DNA of 64,000 nt from an uncultured Ignavibacteriales bacterium. Lineage in GTDB: Bacteria > Zixibacteria > MSB-5A5 > GN15 > FEB-12. Location: assembly GCA_964464605.1 (NCBI GenBank), contig CAYXJN010000002.1, positions 186,001 to 250,000 of the forward strand. The letters run 5' to 3'. Positions 52,235 to 60,749 of this stretch are shown piece by piece (within the stretch, counting starts at the first letter, position 1; every line of letters begins with the position of its first letter). The translations under genes were made by a program, and so were the position numbers. A model generated the notes under the pieces. That model saw nothing but the letters and a program-made list of their open reading frames with translations, made no database searches and had not been told where the DNA came from.

Positions 52235-54709
52235 TCAATCTTTCTCAGTCATGCCTAAAGCCACTGTGCGGCTCCAGCCATATTCAAAAATCTGGAAATA
52301 TACTTTATCATCTTCGACGCGCAGAACGTAACCCTTCTGGACCTTATCGCCGCTCTGCATGATGTAGCCGTACCCTTCCTTGTCTTCAAGGAGAGCGCGG
52401 TTGTTGCCAAAGCCGGTTTCGATAACGCCAACAAAAGAAAGTCCTTCCACGTTCGGAATCCGCTTTTCAATCGGGCTCTTGGTCTGCTTTTCCTGATTGA
52501 TCAGCGTTTCAAACGGATCGCGTGAGCCATTCGCTGAATACTGTACCAATAAGCGCTGCGGGAATTCCGCAACCAATGTGCCTTTGATCTTCCGCGAAGT
52601 CACCGGATCACGACGGAAACGGGAAGCCGCACGCGCCTTATCACCTTTCGATGCTTCAGTATCTTTCGAACCCTGCTCAATAGCAGTAGCCGTATCGGTC
52701 GGGCTCATTGAATTGGAAACTGAGGGCTTGGAACCGGTCTTAGAATCAGTAGCCGGAGTCGTGCTCTTGGTATCAGCTAAGGCACCCTTGTCGGTTGTAT
52801 GCTTGGACACATCCGTCGATGAAGATGACTGCGCGGTAGTCACGCTTGTATTGCTCTTATCGGTACTGTTTACCACTGTCGCTATTATCGGCGCCGGCTT
52901 GTCAGCTTCATCGTTTGTAGACTTTGAAGAAGAGGTACCGGTCGAAGATGGATTCATTGTCGACTTGGTCGTATTCGACGGCGTTGTACCGGCGAAGGTC
53001 GCCTGTTTCTGCTTGATCGTATTGGTCGAAGCAGTCACCGTAGAAGCGGTATTCGTTGACGGTGTATTGTGAGCAGCGGTCTGCTGTGTCTGTGTCGCAG
53101 TGGTCGTTGCAGATGGCGTATTCGTCGTCGGAGTATTGACAGCAACCGTCGGCTGAGTCTGCTTCGGCGTAGTTGTCGAGGCAGTCGTAGTCGATGATGT
53201 GCCGGTTGACGGAGACACCTGAGTCGACGCTGTCATCGGCGATGACTTGGTCGTAGCTGTTGAAGCAGTGGTCGACGACTGCGTAGTCATTGACGGTTGG
53301 GTAGCGGGAGTAACGGCAGTCTTATTCGTTGACATCGTGGTTGACGGCTGCTGTGTAGACGAAGCAACCGTTGTCTTATTCGCCGGAGTCGTCGATGCGG
53401 CAGTAGCCGGTGTCGATGTAGTCGGCGTGGTAGAAGACGGTTTTGCCGTCGTTTGCGATGTCGGCGAAGTGGTATTGGTGGATGCCACTGTTGTCGTCGG
53501 TGAAGATGACGGCTTCGACTGCGAAGCGGGAACAACTACTGTGCTATATCCATTGTTGGAATCGGCCGTAGTTTTGCTCGCAGTTGTCGAGGACGGTTTG
53601 TTGCTGTTGTTAGTATTAGCAGCAACTGTACCCGAAGCGCTCGTCGCATTCGAGTTGGTAGCCGTAGCTGACGGAGTCGAAGTCGTACTCGTAGTATTTT
53701 TCGCAACAGCGGCAGTCGTCGGATTGCCGGAAGTCGGGGCAGACTTGGTCGCAGTCGACGCTGTCGTTGTTGAGGTATGCGTTGCAGCAGACGAAGTGCT
53801 CGGCGTCGACGGTTTCGCGGCTGTCGTCGTTGACGGTGCCGCGGGTGTTGTCGAGTGAGTATTCGTCGTGGTTGCCAGGCTCTTCTGTGTCGTCGTATTC
53901 GCCAACGGGGTCGCCGAAGCAGTAGTACTCGGCTTGCTGGTCGTCGTTGACGGCTGAGCATTGGCATTGGTAGTAGATGCCACTGACGTAGCCGGCTTCT
54001 GCATAGAAGCAGAATTCGACGGTGTAGTGGAAGTATTCGTCGTAGAAGCAGAAGCTGTGGTCTTCTGGCTATTCGACGTAGCAGATGTACCGCTCGTTGA
54101 AGTCGGTGCAGTTGTGCTCGGCTTCGCGCTCAGGCTGGCGTTATGATCCGCGGCAGCCATCTTATTGACATCATTCGCTGACGTAGCGGTGGAAGCAGTG
54201 GCCTTTGAAGCCGGGCTGGCAGTCTGCGCCGTAGGAGCAGAGGCGACAGCCGGTTTCGAAGGCGTTGACGTTCCGTTGGTCGGTGAAGAAGTCCATGCGG
54301 CAAACGGGTTACCCGCTTTGTCTTCTATATAGAGACAAAGCGTACTTCCCTGTGGTTTCAACTGATAGGCAGTTTCTTCCGCCATATCAAACACGATACG
54401 GACGACGCTTTCCGGCGACGTAGAATACTGACTGCTGCGGATACCGCGAATCGGGCAATCCGGTAGTTTCAAAAATTCCTTGGCGCCCAAAGCATGCGTT
54501 GCAGAGAGAATGTCCACAATAATTCTAAAGGGACGACCATCCTTGGCAATTTCAGTCTGATGCGTGAAGCGAAGCGAACCGGTTACGTTGATGGACGCAA
54601 CACACGCGCTTCCCTGACGCTCCAGCGACACTGATTTGACATCAGCAGCGCTCGCGGCGACAGTGGTCAGAAGGAAAAGCCCTGGTATAATGGCAAGCAA
54701 ACGTTTCAT
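52235..54709 (-). CDS. pilP: PilP-domain protein with N-terminal AMIN domain and ~550-aa Ser/Thr/Ala-rich linker
   Basis: Position between pilO and pilQ; C-terminal RDPF...FVGVI...ALLED.EG.GYI...GD.V..G.V..V PilP-like motif; N-terminal PFRIIVDI...IRSSQYS..VVRIVFD AMIN-like motif. Confidence 0.78.
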   Translation of the reverse strand: MKRLLAIIPGLFLLTTVAASAADVKSVSLERQGSACVASINVTGSLRFTHQTEIAKDGRPFRIIVDILSATHALGAKEFLKLPDCPIRGIRSSQYSTSPESVVRIVFDMAEETAYQLKPQGSTLCLYIEDKAGNPFAAWTSSPTNGTSTPSKPAVASAPTAQTASPASKATASTATSANDVNKMAAADHNASLSAKPSTTAPTSTSGTSATSNSQKTTASASTTNTSTTPSNSASMQKPATSVASTTNANAQPSTTTSKPSTTASATPLANTTTQKSLATTTNTHSTTPAAPSTTTAAKPSTPSTSSAATHTSTTTASTATKSAPTSGNPTTAAVAKNTTSTTSTPSATATNSNATSASGTVAANTNNSNKPSSTTASKTTADSNNGYSTVVVPASQSKPSSSPTTTVASTNTTSPTSQTTAKPSSTTPTTSTPATAASTTPANKTTVASSTQQPSTTMSTNKTAVTPATQPSMTTQSSTTASTATTKSSPMTASTQVSPSTGTSSTTTASTTTPKQTQPTVAVNTPTTNTPSATTTATQTQQTAAHNTPSTNTASTVTASTNTIKQKQATFAGTTPSNTTKSTMNPSSTGTSSSKSTNDEADKPAPIIATVVNSTDKSNTSVTTAQSSSSTDVSKHTTDKGALADTKSTTPATDSKTGSKPSVSNSMSPTDTATAIEQGSKDTEASKGDKARAASRFRRDPVTSRKIKGTLVAEFPQRLLVQYSANGSRDPFETLINQEKQTKSPIEKRIPNVEGLSFVGVIETGFGNNRALLEDKEGYGYIMQSGDKVQKGYVLRVEDDKVYFQIFEYGWSRTVALGMTEKD

Positions 54710-54724
54710 TGGTATTTACTCCTC

Positions 54725-55357
54725 TTACAGGACCAGTTCCTTTAAGCGTTCCTCTTCCTTCACGAAATAGGTTGAAAGAACAAAGTTAGCCGTTATTGTT
54801 TCCTTTTTCTTCAGTTCCTGAAGCTCACCTTCGTTTGCAGCTTCAGCGCTTTTCCCCTTCTTACCGACGGAAAGCTTGTTTGCTTTCACGTTCATCTGCG
54901 AGACATTGGTAATGAACGGGAAGTTCGCGACGTAGCTGATGAAGCCGCCGAAATCATGGTAGGTTCCGGTCAACTCGACTTCGAACGAGGCAACGTTGTA
55001 GAAGTCTTCCGATTTGATCGGCAGTGGATTCAGCTTGGTCACTTTGGTACCCGTAATAGATGAAGCGGTATGCAACTGCACCAAAAATGACGGAATCTGC
55101 TTGAACTCCGGCAAAAGCGCTTCAATGTCATGATAACGAGTAAGCAATTCTTCATACTCGAGTTTCAGCGCATCAAGCGATTTTGCTTTGAGTTCAACGT
55201 TGCGAAGATCGGTCGTTATAGTCTCGAACTCGGCGCTCTTCGACAGAATCTGATTGTCGTATTGTGAGTACAACCGGGTGTACCAGAAGTACCCGACCAC
55301 CAGAAACGCGAGCACCCCTAAGGCGATCTTCTGCGTTTTTGAATCTTTAAAATCCAT
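54725..55357 (-). CDS. pilO: Type IV pilus assembly protein PilO
   Basis: N-terminal TM, coiled coil, LLP...IP.FL, GTYHDFG.F. Confidence 0.92.
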   Translation of the reverse strand: MDFKDSKTQKIALGVLAFLVVGYFWYTRLYSQYDNQILSKSAEFETITTDLRNVELKAKSLDALKLEYEELLTRYHDIEALLPEFKQIPSFLVQLHTASSITGTKVTKLNPLPIKSEDFYNVASFEVELTGTYHDFGGFISYVANFPFITNVSQMNVKANKLSVGKKGKSAEAANEGELQELKKKETITANFVLSTYFVKEEERLKELVL

Positions 55358-55369
55358 AGTTGTACTCTC

Positions 55370-56161
55370 TTAGTTTAACTGTTCCATATCTTCGGATTCA
55401 TCCATCAGCTCCGGCACTTCGCTAGAATCGACGGCGCCGATCATCTGGCGCAGCTCTTCTTCAGACAAGAAGTGGACGGTGCATTCCACGACGAAGTTGT
55501 ACGCCTTTTCTTCATTCAATTCGACTTCTTTGGTCGTGACCAGTTCGACATCGTCGAAATAATCCGAACGCATCAAGTTGATCATGAATGAGGCAAGGGC
55601 GTTGAGGGTGAAGGCATATCCTTCAAACTCTGCTTTGGTCGTATTGGCTAAAGCGGACGTTTCGGCGGCGGGTTCCTGGTCGGCATTTTCATCCGACTTG
55701 GCCCGATCGACGAGTTCTTCCTTAATTGACTTCTCTTTCTTCTTTTCTTCTTTAGCTGGTTTGGCCTTTTTTCCTTTTTCGACTTTAGCCTGTTGCTCGC
55801 CGAAACGGCTCAACCAGATAAATTCAGGAACATTGGTGGTCACGTTTTCCAAAACCCGAATCCAGGTGGAACGATGGCTGTCCAAACGCTCGACGGCGGA
55901 CATACGGTTCTGGATTTTCCGCTTCACATCAGTCAGACCATCCACCAGCTGGATATCTTTCTGCAGCATGGCGGCGCGGTCTTTGGCGCGGTTGATTTTA
56001 TCTTCGAGGTCAGCGATCTGATTCCGCTGGTACATGGTGATACCGAACAGTGTCAAGACCACAGCAGCAGCTCCCACCGCCGCGTAGACTCCGGCTTTAC
56101 CAAATGAAAGGTCGAATGCCTTCTTTTGATAATTCTTGGGTAATAAGTTTATTTCAATCAT
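55370..56161 (-). CDS. pilN: Type IV pilus assembly protein PilN
   Basis: MIEINLLP PilM-binding motif, TM, P..IWL, F.GYA. Confidence 0.92.
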   Translation of the reverse strand: MIEINLLPKNYQKKAFDLSFGKAGVYAAVGAAAVVLTLFGITMYQRNQIADLEDKINRAKDRAAMLQKDIQLVDGLTDVKRKIQNRMSAVERLDSHRSTWIRVLENVTTNVPEFIWLSRFGEQQAKVEKGKKAKPAKEEKKKEKSIKEELVDRAKSDENADQEPAAETSALANTTKAEFEGYAFTLNALASFMINLMRSDYFDDVELVTTKEVELNEEKAYNFVVECTVHFLSEEELRQMIGAVDSSEVPELMDESEDMEQLN

Positions 56162-56168
56162 GATGCCC

Positions 56169-57221
56169 TTACCCTACCTTCCGCATGGCCAGGCCGACTG
56201 ACACGGTCAAAAGTGGAGCTATCTTTTCCGGCTGCAGGAACTGGAACAATTCAGGATCGTAGTCCAGATTTCTCAGCGGGTTTGCAATTTCAATCGGTAT
56301 GTTCAGCTTCGATTGCACGAACTCAGGCAGATACGGAATCAGTGATCCGCCGCCGGACAACACGACCCAGTCGATATTGTCAGCTTTTACCTGTGATTTG
56401 AAATAGGAGAAGGCGAGTTCCATACCGGAGATCAGTTCGTCCGTTGACGACAAAATCGTCGCCTTCAGCATGTCCTGATCGATGGAGTCGTGCATTTCCC
56501 CTTTAATCGCCTTATTGGTCAGCTCAGGGTTCAGGCGAAATTCCTTTTGGATCGAGTTGTAAATTTCCCGGGTTCCACAGGATACGTCGCGGGTCGACGA
56601 GTACAAGCCACCCTGAATGTACGTGATATTGGTGACGTCATACCCGATGTTGACCAGGGCAATCGTCTTATTCGGATCGACTTCGTAGTTGTATTCATAG
56701 GCGTTGAAGATCGCCATGGCGTCATCATCAACGATCACCGGCTGGAGGCCGCAATCTTTGATAAGGTCGAGGTAAGTCTGCAGGTATTCTTTGCGCGCCG
56801 CCACCAGGAGAACATCCATCTTGTTGATGTCGTCATCCGTTTTCACGATGTGATAATCAAGGGAAACATCATCGACATCGAACGGAGCGCGCTGCTCGGT
56901 TTCGAACAGAATCGCCTGTTCGGCTTCGGCGCCGCTCTTTTTGTCGATCGTGAATTTGTCGGTGATGACCGCGTGTCCGGAAATGGAAACAACGACTTCC
57001 TTGATTCTCGGATCGGTCTGTTCAATCAGGGATTGAACGTTAAAGATAACCGCCTCTCTGTCGCGGATTTCATCTGCGACAATGGCGTCGGGCGGAAGCT
57101 CGCGCATACCGATTGCGGAGATCGTGTACCCGGTTTTGGTGCGATCCAGTTTGACCAGCTTGACTGAGTTAGCTCCGATGTCAAGCCCGACAGTACTTTT
57201 CTTTCCACGTGAGAACAACAT
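56169..57221 (-). CDS. pilM: Type IV pilus assembly protein PilM
   Basis: VGLDIG..SVK, PFD.DDV.LDY, VLLVAA, LSGGG, VGLAMR; start at MLFS. Confidence 0.94.
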   Translation of the reverse strand: MLFSRGKKSTVGLDIGANSVKLVKLDRTKTGYTISAIGMRELPPDAIVADEIRDREAVIFNVQSLIEQTDPRIKEVVVSISGHAVITDKFTIDKKSGAEAEQAILFETEQRAPFDVDDVSLDYHIVKTDDDINKMDVLLVAARKEYLQTYLDLIKDCGLQPVIVDDDAMAIFNAYEYNYEVDPNKTIALVNIGYDVTNITYIQGGLYSSTRDVSCGTREIYNSIQKEFRLNPELTNKAIKGEMHDSIDQDMLKATILSSTDELISGMELAFSYFKSQVKADNIDWVVLSGGGSLIPYLPEFVQSKLNIPIEIANPLRNLDYDPELFQFLQPEKIAPLLTVSVGLAMRKVG

Positions 57222-57260
57222 AGCGTCTCTTCTCTTATATAGTGTTGTGTCTTTCCCGCA

Positions 57261-57387
57261 GTATCGGCATATCCGGTTAACTTTTAACCAAATGCCGGCT
57301 TCTTTTCCGTCCTTAGTAACTTCCTGGGTCACCAGAGACGTTCCATTTCAACAGGGAGAGTATCGGCCGTTTCCCATCAGACCTTTA
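57261..57387 (-). promoter_or_regulatory. Two tandem sigma28-like promoters upstream of pilM
   Basis: TAAA-N16-GCCGATAC (57360-57387) and TTAA-N15-GCCGATAC (57261-57287). Confidence 0.5.
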
Positions 57388-57421
57388 GGGAATACTCAGA
57401 ATCCATTAGCCTGCAGGAGGT

Positions 57422-57455
57422 AAAAAGAAACCCTCTGATGATCTATCAGAGGGTT
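57422..57455 (-). terminator. Intrinsic terminator after the pilin gene
   Basis: AACCCTCTGAT...ATCAGAGGGTT hairpin followed by TCTTTTT on the minus strand. Confidence 0.75.
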
Positions 57456-57491
57456 AACGCGGGGAAATCGCTCTAACTCTTTATCGGATAA

Positions 57492-57998
57492 TTAGTACCA
57501 GTAGATATGGTCGTCTACCTTACCGGTTGCAGCCAAAACAGACATAGTGCTGTTGGCAACCATGACATCGGTCGCCCCCGTGGCGGCAATATTGGCCGCT
57601 CCGCCGAATGAGGCAGAACCGTTCGGACGAAATATGAGTACATTATTGTCCATATCCGTACTCAAAGACGTAAACTGTCGCGGCAGGGTATCAATACGAA
57701 TCACCGAATCCCCCGGATCGAAACTGTAGCTGCCGAGATTGTCCATATCTTTGAAAATCGCAATGGTCAGATCATCCGAATCAAAATGAACGCCGTAATC
57801 CGTCTTATCTGTGATGGCCAGAGAACGTGCCATTTTGATAGTCGACTTTACACTCCGCATAGCGGTGCTGAAATTCAGTTTATCGATGGCGACATCAAAC
57901 ATAGGAACGGCCATCGCCGAAACGATACCGACGATAACTACCGTTACCATCAGCTCTAAAAGCGTTATGCCGTTTTGATTGTTATGTCTGTTTTTCAT
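57492..57998 (-). CDS. Type IV minor pilin / pseudopilin (FimT/GspH-like)
   Basis: Class III signal G|ITLLELMVTVVIVGIVSAMAVP; ARSLAI; IFRPNG. Confidence 0.88.
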   Translation of the reverse strand: MKNRHNNQNGITLLELMVTVVIVGIVSAMAVPMFDVAIDKLNFSTAMRSVKSTIKMARSLAITDKTDYGVHFDSDDLTIAIFKDMDNLGSYSFDPGDSVIRIDTLPRQFTSLSTDMDNNVLIFRPNGSASFGGAANIAATGATDVMVANSTMSVLAATGKVDDHIYWY

Positions 57999-58054
57999 AA
58001 CTATTCTATCTCCAAACTACACGTTCCCCGTATTCTCCCTCTCTATCGGCAGTA

Positions 58055-58070
58055 TGCACCTGTTGTGCCA
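58055..58070 (-). promoter_or_regulatory. sigma54 (-24/-12) promoter of the pilin gene
   Basis: TGGCAC-AACAG-GTGCA with exact GG-N10-GC spacing, ~57 bp upstream of the pilin ATG. Confidence 0.6.
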
Positions 58071-58189
58071 TACGTATAGAAATTATATCGGCAAATCCTG
58101 AAGAATTCTCTTTGCCCGGCAATGACTTTACCCGTTTCTCACTTTCGGCGCCCGCACAAAGGTGAAAAAACTCTGTAGTTCGCCCCCGG

Positions 58190-58213
58190 AACTATGGGAT
58201 GCATCCCATAGTT
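58190..58213. repeat. Perfect 24-bp palindrome
   Basis: AACTATGGGATG|CATCCCATAGTT in the divergent pilin/protease intergenic region. Confidence 0.85.
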
Positions 58214-58317
58214 TCATAAGACAAATCCTTGACCATTTTCCGGAAAACATTACCTTTACCGGTGTGACTAAGTCACCATTCTGACGAAACATATACTGCA
58301 CCATATTGAGGAGTCGT

Positions 58318-60678
58318 ATGACTAAAGCTGTATCCACTTCGTTCCTCACCGCCATTTTCACCTCACTCCTGTTTTCTCTTGCCAGCGCCAAAGAAACGAA
58401 CCCGACTTTGATTCCGGACGCGTACCGCCAGGGGAAAAGCGCGGAAGTTATCTCCGGTAAAACACGCGCCTATTTAAGCCAAAAGCAGACTGAAACTGTC
58501 CCGGTTTGGGTTTTCTTTACCGACAAAAATGTCGGTACCAAAGGGGACTTTGACCGGAAAGCATCGTCTGTATCGATTCATGAGCGCGCCCTAAAACGAA
58601 GAGCAAAAGTCGGCAAGACCGAAGTGGTTTTCGCCGATTTGCCGGTTGCTGATCAATATGTAGAACAGATTTCAGCGATGGGAGCAAATCTGCGCCGCAA
58701 ATCCCGCTGGTTGAATGCCGCATCGTTTAACGTACCGGCTTCATCTTTAGATGAGATAGCAGCACTCCCCTTCGTCAGTCGGGTATCGCCGGTTGCAGGC
58801 TTTACAAAAGAGTATGATGTTCAACTGCAGGATATTCGCCCGGAAGAACACAATCTTTACTCACAATCGCCGGATGCATTGAATTACGGAAGTTCCGCCA
58901 CGCAATTGAATCAAATCAATGTACCAGCGGCCCATGAAGCAGGATATGATGGCGCAGGCGTTACCCTCGCTATTTTCGATACCGGATTTAGAAAGAGTCA
59001 TCAGGCTTTCGCCCAACATTACCTGGATGGTCGCGTACTTGGTGAGTGGGACTTTATCAATAATGATGGCAACACCGCCAATGAAGCCGGCGACCAGTCC
59101 TCGCAATGGAACCACGGTACATTGATCTGGTCAGTCAGCGGCGGCAACCGGGACGGTTCGATCTACGGCCCCGCCTACAAAGCGAACTTTCTTTTGGCAA
59201 AAACCGAAGATGTCGCCAGCGAAACACCGGTTGAAGAAGATAACTGGGTTGCCGCGCTTGAATGGGCTGATTCCGCAGGTGCCGATGTTATCACTTCTTC
59301 CCTCGGTTACTCCGACTGGTATACCTATGAAGATTTTGACGGCAACACCGCGACAATAACACTGGCCGCTAATACCGCTGCCGGTTTAGGCATTGTCGTG
59401 TGCAATTCGATGGGCAACTCCGGACCCGGCGCCGGAACGCTGAGCGCCCCGGCCGATGCATTCGACATGCTCGCTGTCGGCGCGGTTAATTCATCCGGTA
59501 CTATTGCTTCTTTCTCATCCCGCGGTCCGACATTTGACGGACGCATGAAACCGGAAGTCTGCGCGATGGGCGTTTCGACCTATTCAGCCAGTTCAAGCGG
59601 CGATGCAAATTACACGACCGCAAATGGTACTTCCCTTTCGACACCACTGGCGGCTGGAGCAGCTTGCCTGTTAGTACAGGCGCATCCATTATTCACGCCG
59701 TTAATGATCCGCCAAGCCTTAATGGAAACTGCCAGCAAAGCAAACACGCCCGATAATACGTATGGACACGGCATTATCAATATGATGTCGGCGCTCAGCT
59801 GGGGTGCGGATTTCTCAGTTGATAACCAAGTCGGTACTGTTCCGTTTCTTACCAACTTTACTTCTGATGTCTCACTGACACCGACCAGCTATGCATGGGA
59901 TTTCGGTGATGGTGGTACTTCCACCCTTCCGAATCCATCCCATACCTATACTGTTCCCGGTGAATACACAGTTTCGTTGACTGTCGGTACTGCCGGCGGA
60001 CCTATTACCAACGAAAAAATAGCCTACATTGCGGCGATTGCCGATACCGTTCGCTACGAAGTTGATTCCGCATACGCCGGACAATCGGTCGCAATTTCCG
60101 TTACCTTGACCAATTCACAATCACTGGAGCGAATTATCGTACCGCTCAAGTTTGGCACTATCCCATCGATCAACTTCGACAGCGCAACCGCGGGAAGCCG
60201 TACTTCCTATTTTGAGCGAGTGCAGTTGAACTGGATTGATATGGTCAACCGCCGTTTCGCAGTTGATCTGCTTGCCGACAACGGCGGTGGTGCGCCCCCG
60301 CTTGCCCCCGGTTCCGGTGAGGTAGCGAAACTCTATTTCACTATTGATCCGCTGGCTTTGGGTGATTTGACCAATGTCGTCGATACGGCAATTGGCGTAC
60401 AGTCATTAAAACTTTCGACCAGTAACAATACCTATGCCGCTACGTCATTCAGCGGCGCCGTCAAAACCCGGCATGTGTTGCGCTGCGATTTCAGTAATAA
60501 CAACAGCCGGACCGTTCAAGACCTCACACAAATGGTCCAGTATTTGTTCAACGAAGGCCCACCGCCGGTTACGCTGCAGCACGGAGATTGCAACGCCAGC
60601 CTTACCCTAACCGTTTCCGATTTGACCTTCCTGGTGCAATACCTGTTCAATGGTGGTCCTACCCCACCCAGCCCTTGA
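58318..60678 (+). CDS. Secreted S8 subtilase with PKD, cohesin-like and dockerin-like C-terminal modules
   Basis: Signal peptide; triad FDTG/HGT/GTSLS; WDFGDG PKD motif; duplicated D..DL..(M/L)VQYLFN.GP.P. Confidence 0.92.
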   Translation: MTKAVSTSFLTAIFTSLLFSLASAKETNPTLIPDAYRQGKSAEVISGKTRAYLSQKQTETVPVWVFFTDKNVGTKGDFDRKASSVSIHERALKRRAKVGKTEVVFADLPVADQYVEQISAMGANLRRKSRWLNAASFNVPASSLDEIAALPFVSRVSPVAGFTKEYDVQLQDIRPEEHNLYSQSPDALNYGSSATQLNQINVPAAHEAGYDGAGVTLAIFDTGFRKSHQAFAQHYLDGRVLGEWDFINNDGNTANEAGDQSSQWNHGTLIWSVSGGNRDGSIYGPAYKANFLLAKTEDVASETPVEEDNWVAALEWADSAGADVITSSLGYSDWYTYEDFDGNTATITLAANTAAGLGIVVCNSMGNSGPGAGTLSAPADAFDMLAVGAVNSSGTIASFSSRGPTFDGRMKPEVCAMGVSTYSASSSGDANYTTANGTSLSTPLAAGAACLLVQAHPLFTPLMIRQALMETASKANTPDNTYGHGIINMMSALSWGADFSVDNQVGTVPFLTNFTSDVSLTPTSYAWDFGDGGTSTLPNPSHTYTVPGEYTVSLTVGTAGGPITNEKIAYIAAIADTVRYEVDSAYAGQSVAISVTLTNSQSLERIIVPLKFGTIPSINFDSATAGSRTSYFERVQLNWIDMVNRRFAVDLLADNGGGAPPLAPGSGEVAKLYFTIDPLALGDLTNVVDTAIGVQSLKLSTSNNTYAATSFSGAVKTRHVLRCDFSNNNSRTVQDLTQMVQYLFNEGPPPVTLQHGDCNASLTLTVSDLTFLVQYLFNGGPTPPSP

Positions 60679-60691
60679 TTATTTTATATGA

Positions 60692-60730
60692 CAAAAAAGA
60701 AAGCCGATTGGAAATCCAATCGGCTTTTTT
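60692..60730. terminator. Bidirectional intrinsic terminator
   Basis: AAAAAAGAAAGCCGATTGG-AAAT-CCAATCGGCTTTTTT between convergent genes. Confidence 0.8.
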
Positions 60731-60749
60731 AGTTTCTATACTTATCCAG

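Noticed and set aside
53247..53858. 203-aa Val-rich ORF on + (and 52497..53072)
   Set aside because: Antisense shadow of the Thr/Ser-rich PilP linker codons; no RBS or domain signal.
52640..54300. PilP linker as a DNA tandem repeat or CRISPR-like array
   Set aside because: Low complexity at protein level only; no fixed-length nucleotide repeat unit or repeat-spacer periodicity seen.
57222..57420. Possible c-di-GMP riboswitch upstream of pilM
   Set aside because: Hairpins are present but the GEMM consensus (GGCAAAC...GAAA...GACGCAAA) is not; the sigma28 interpretation fits better.
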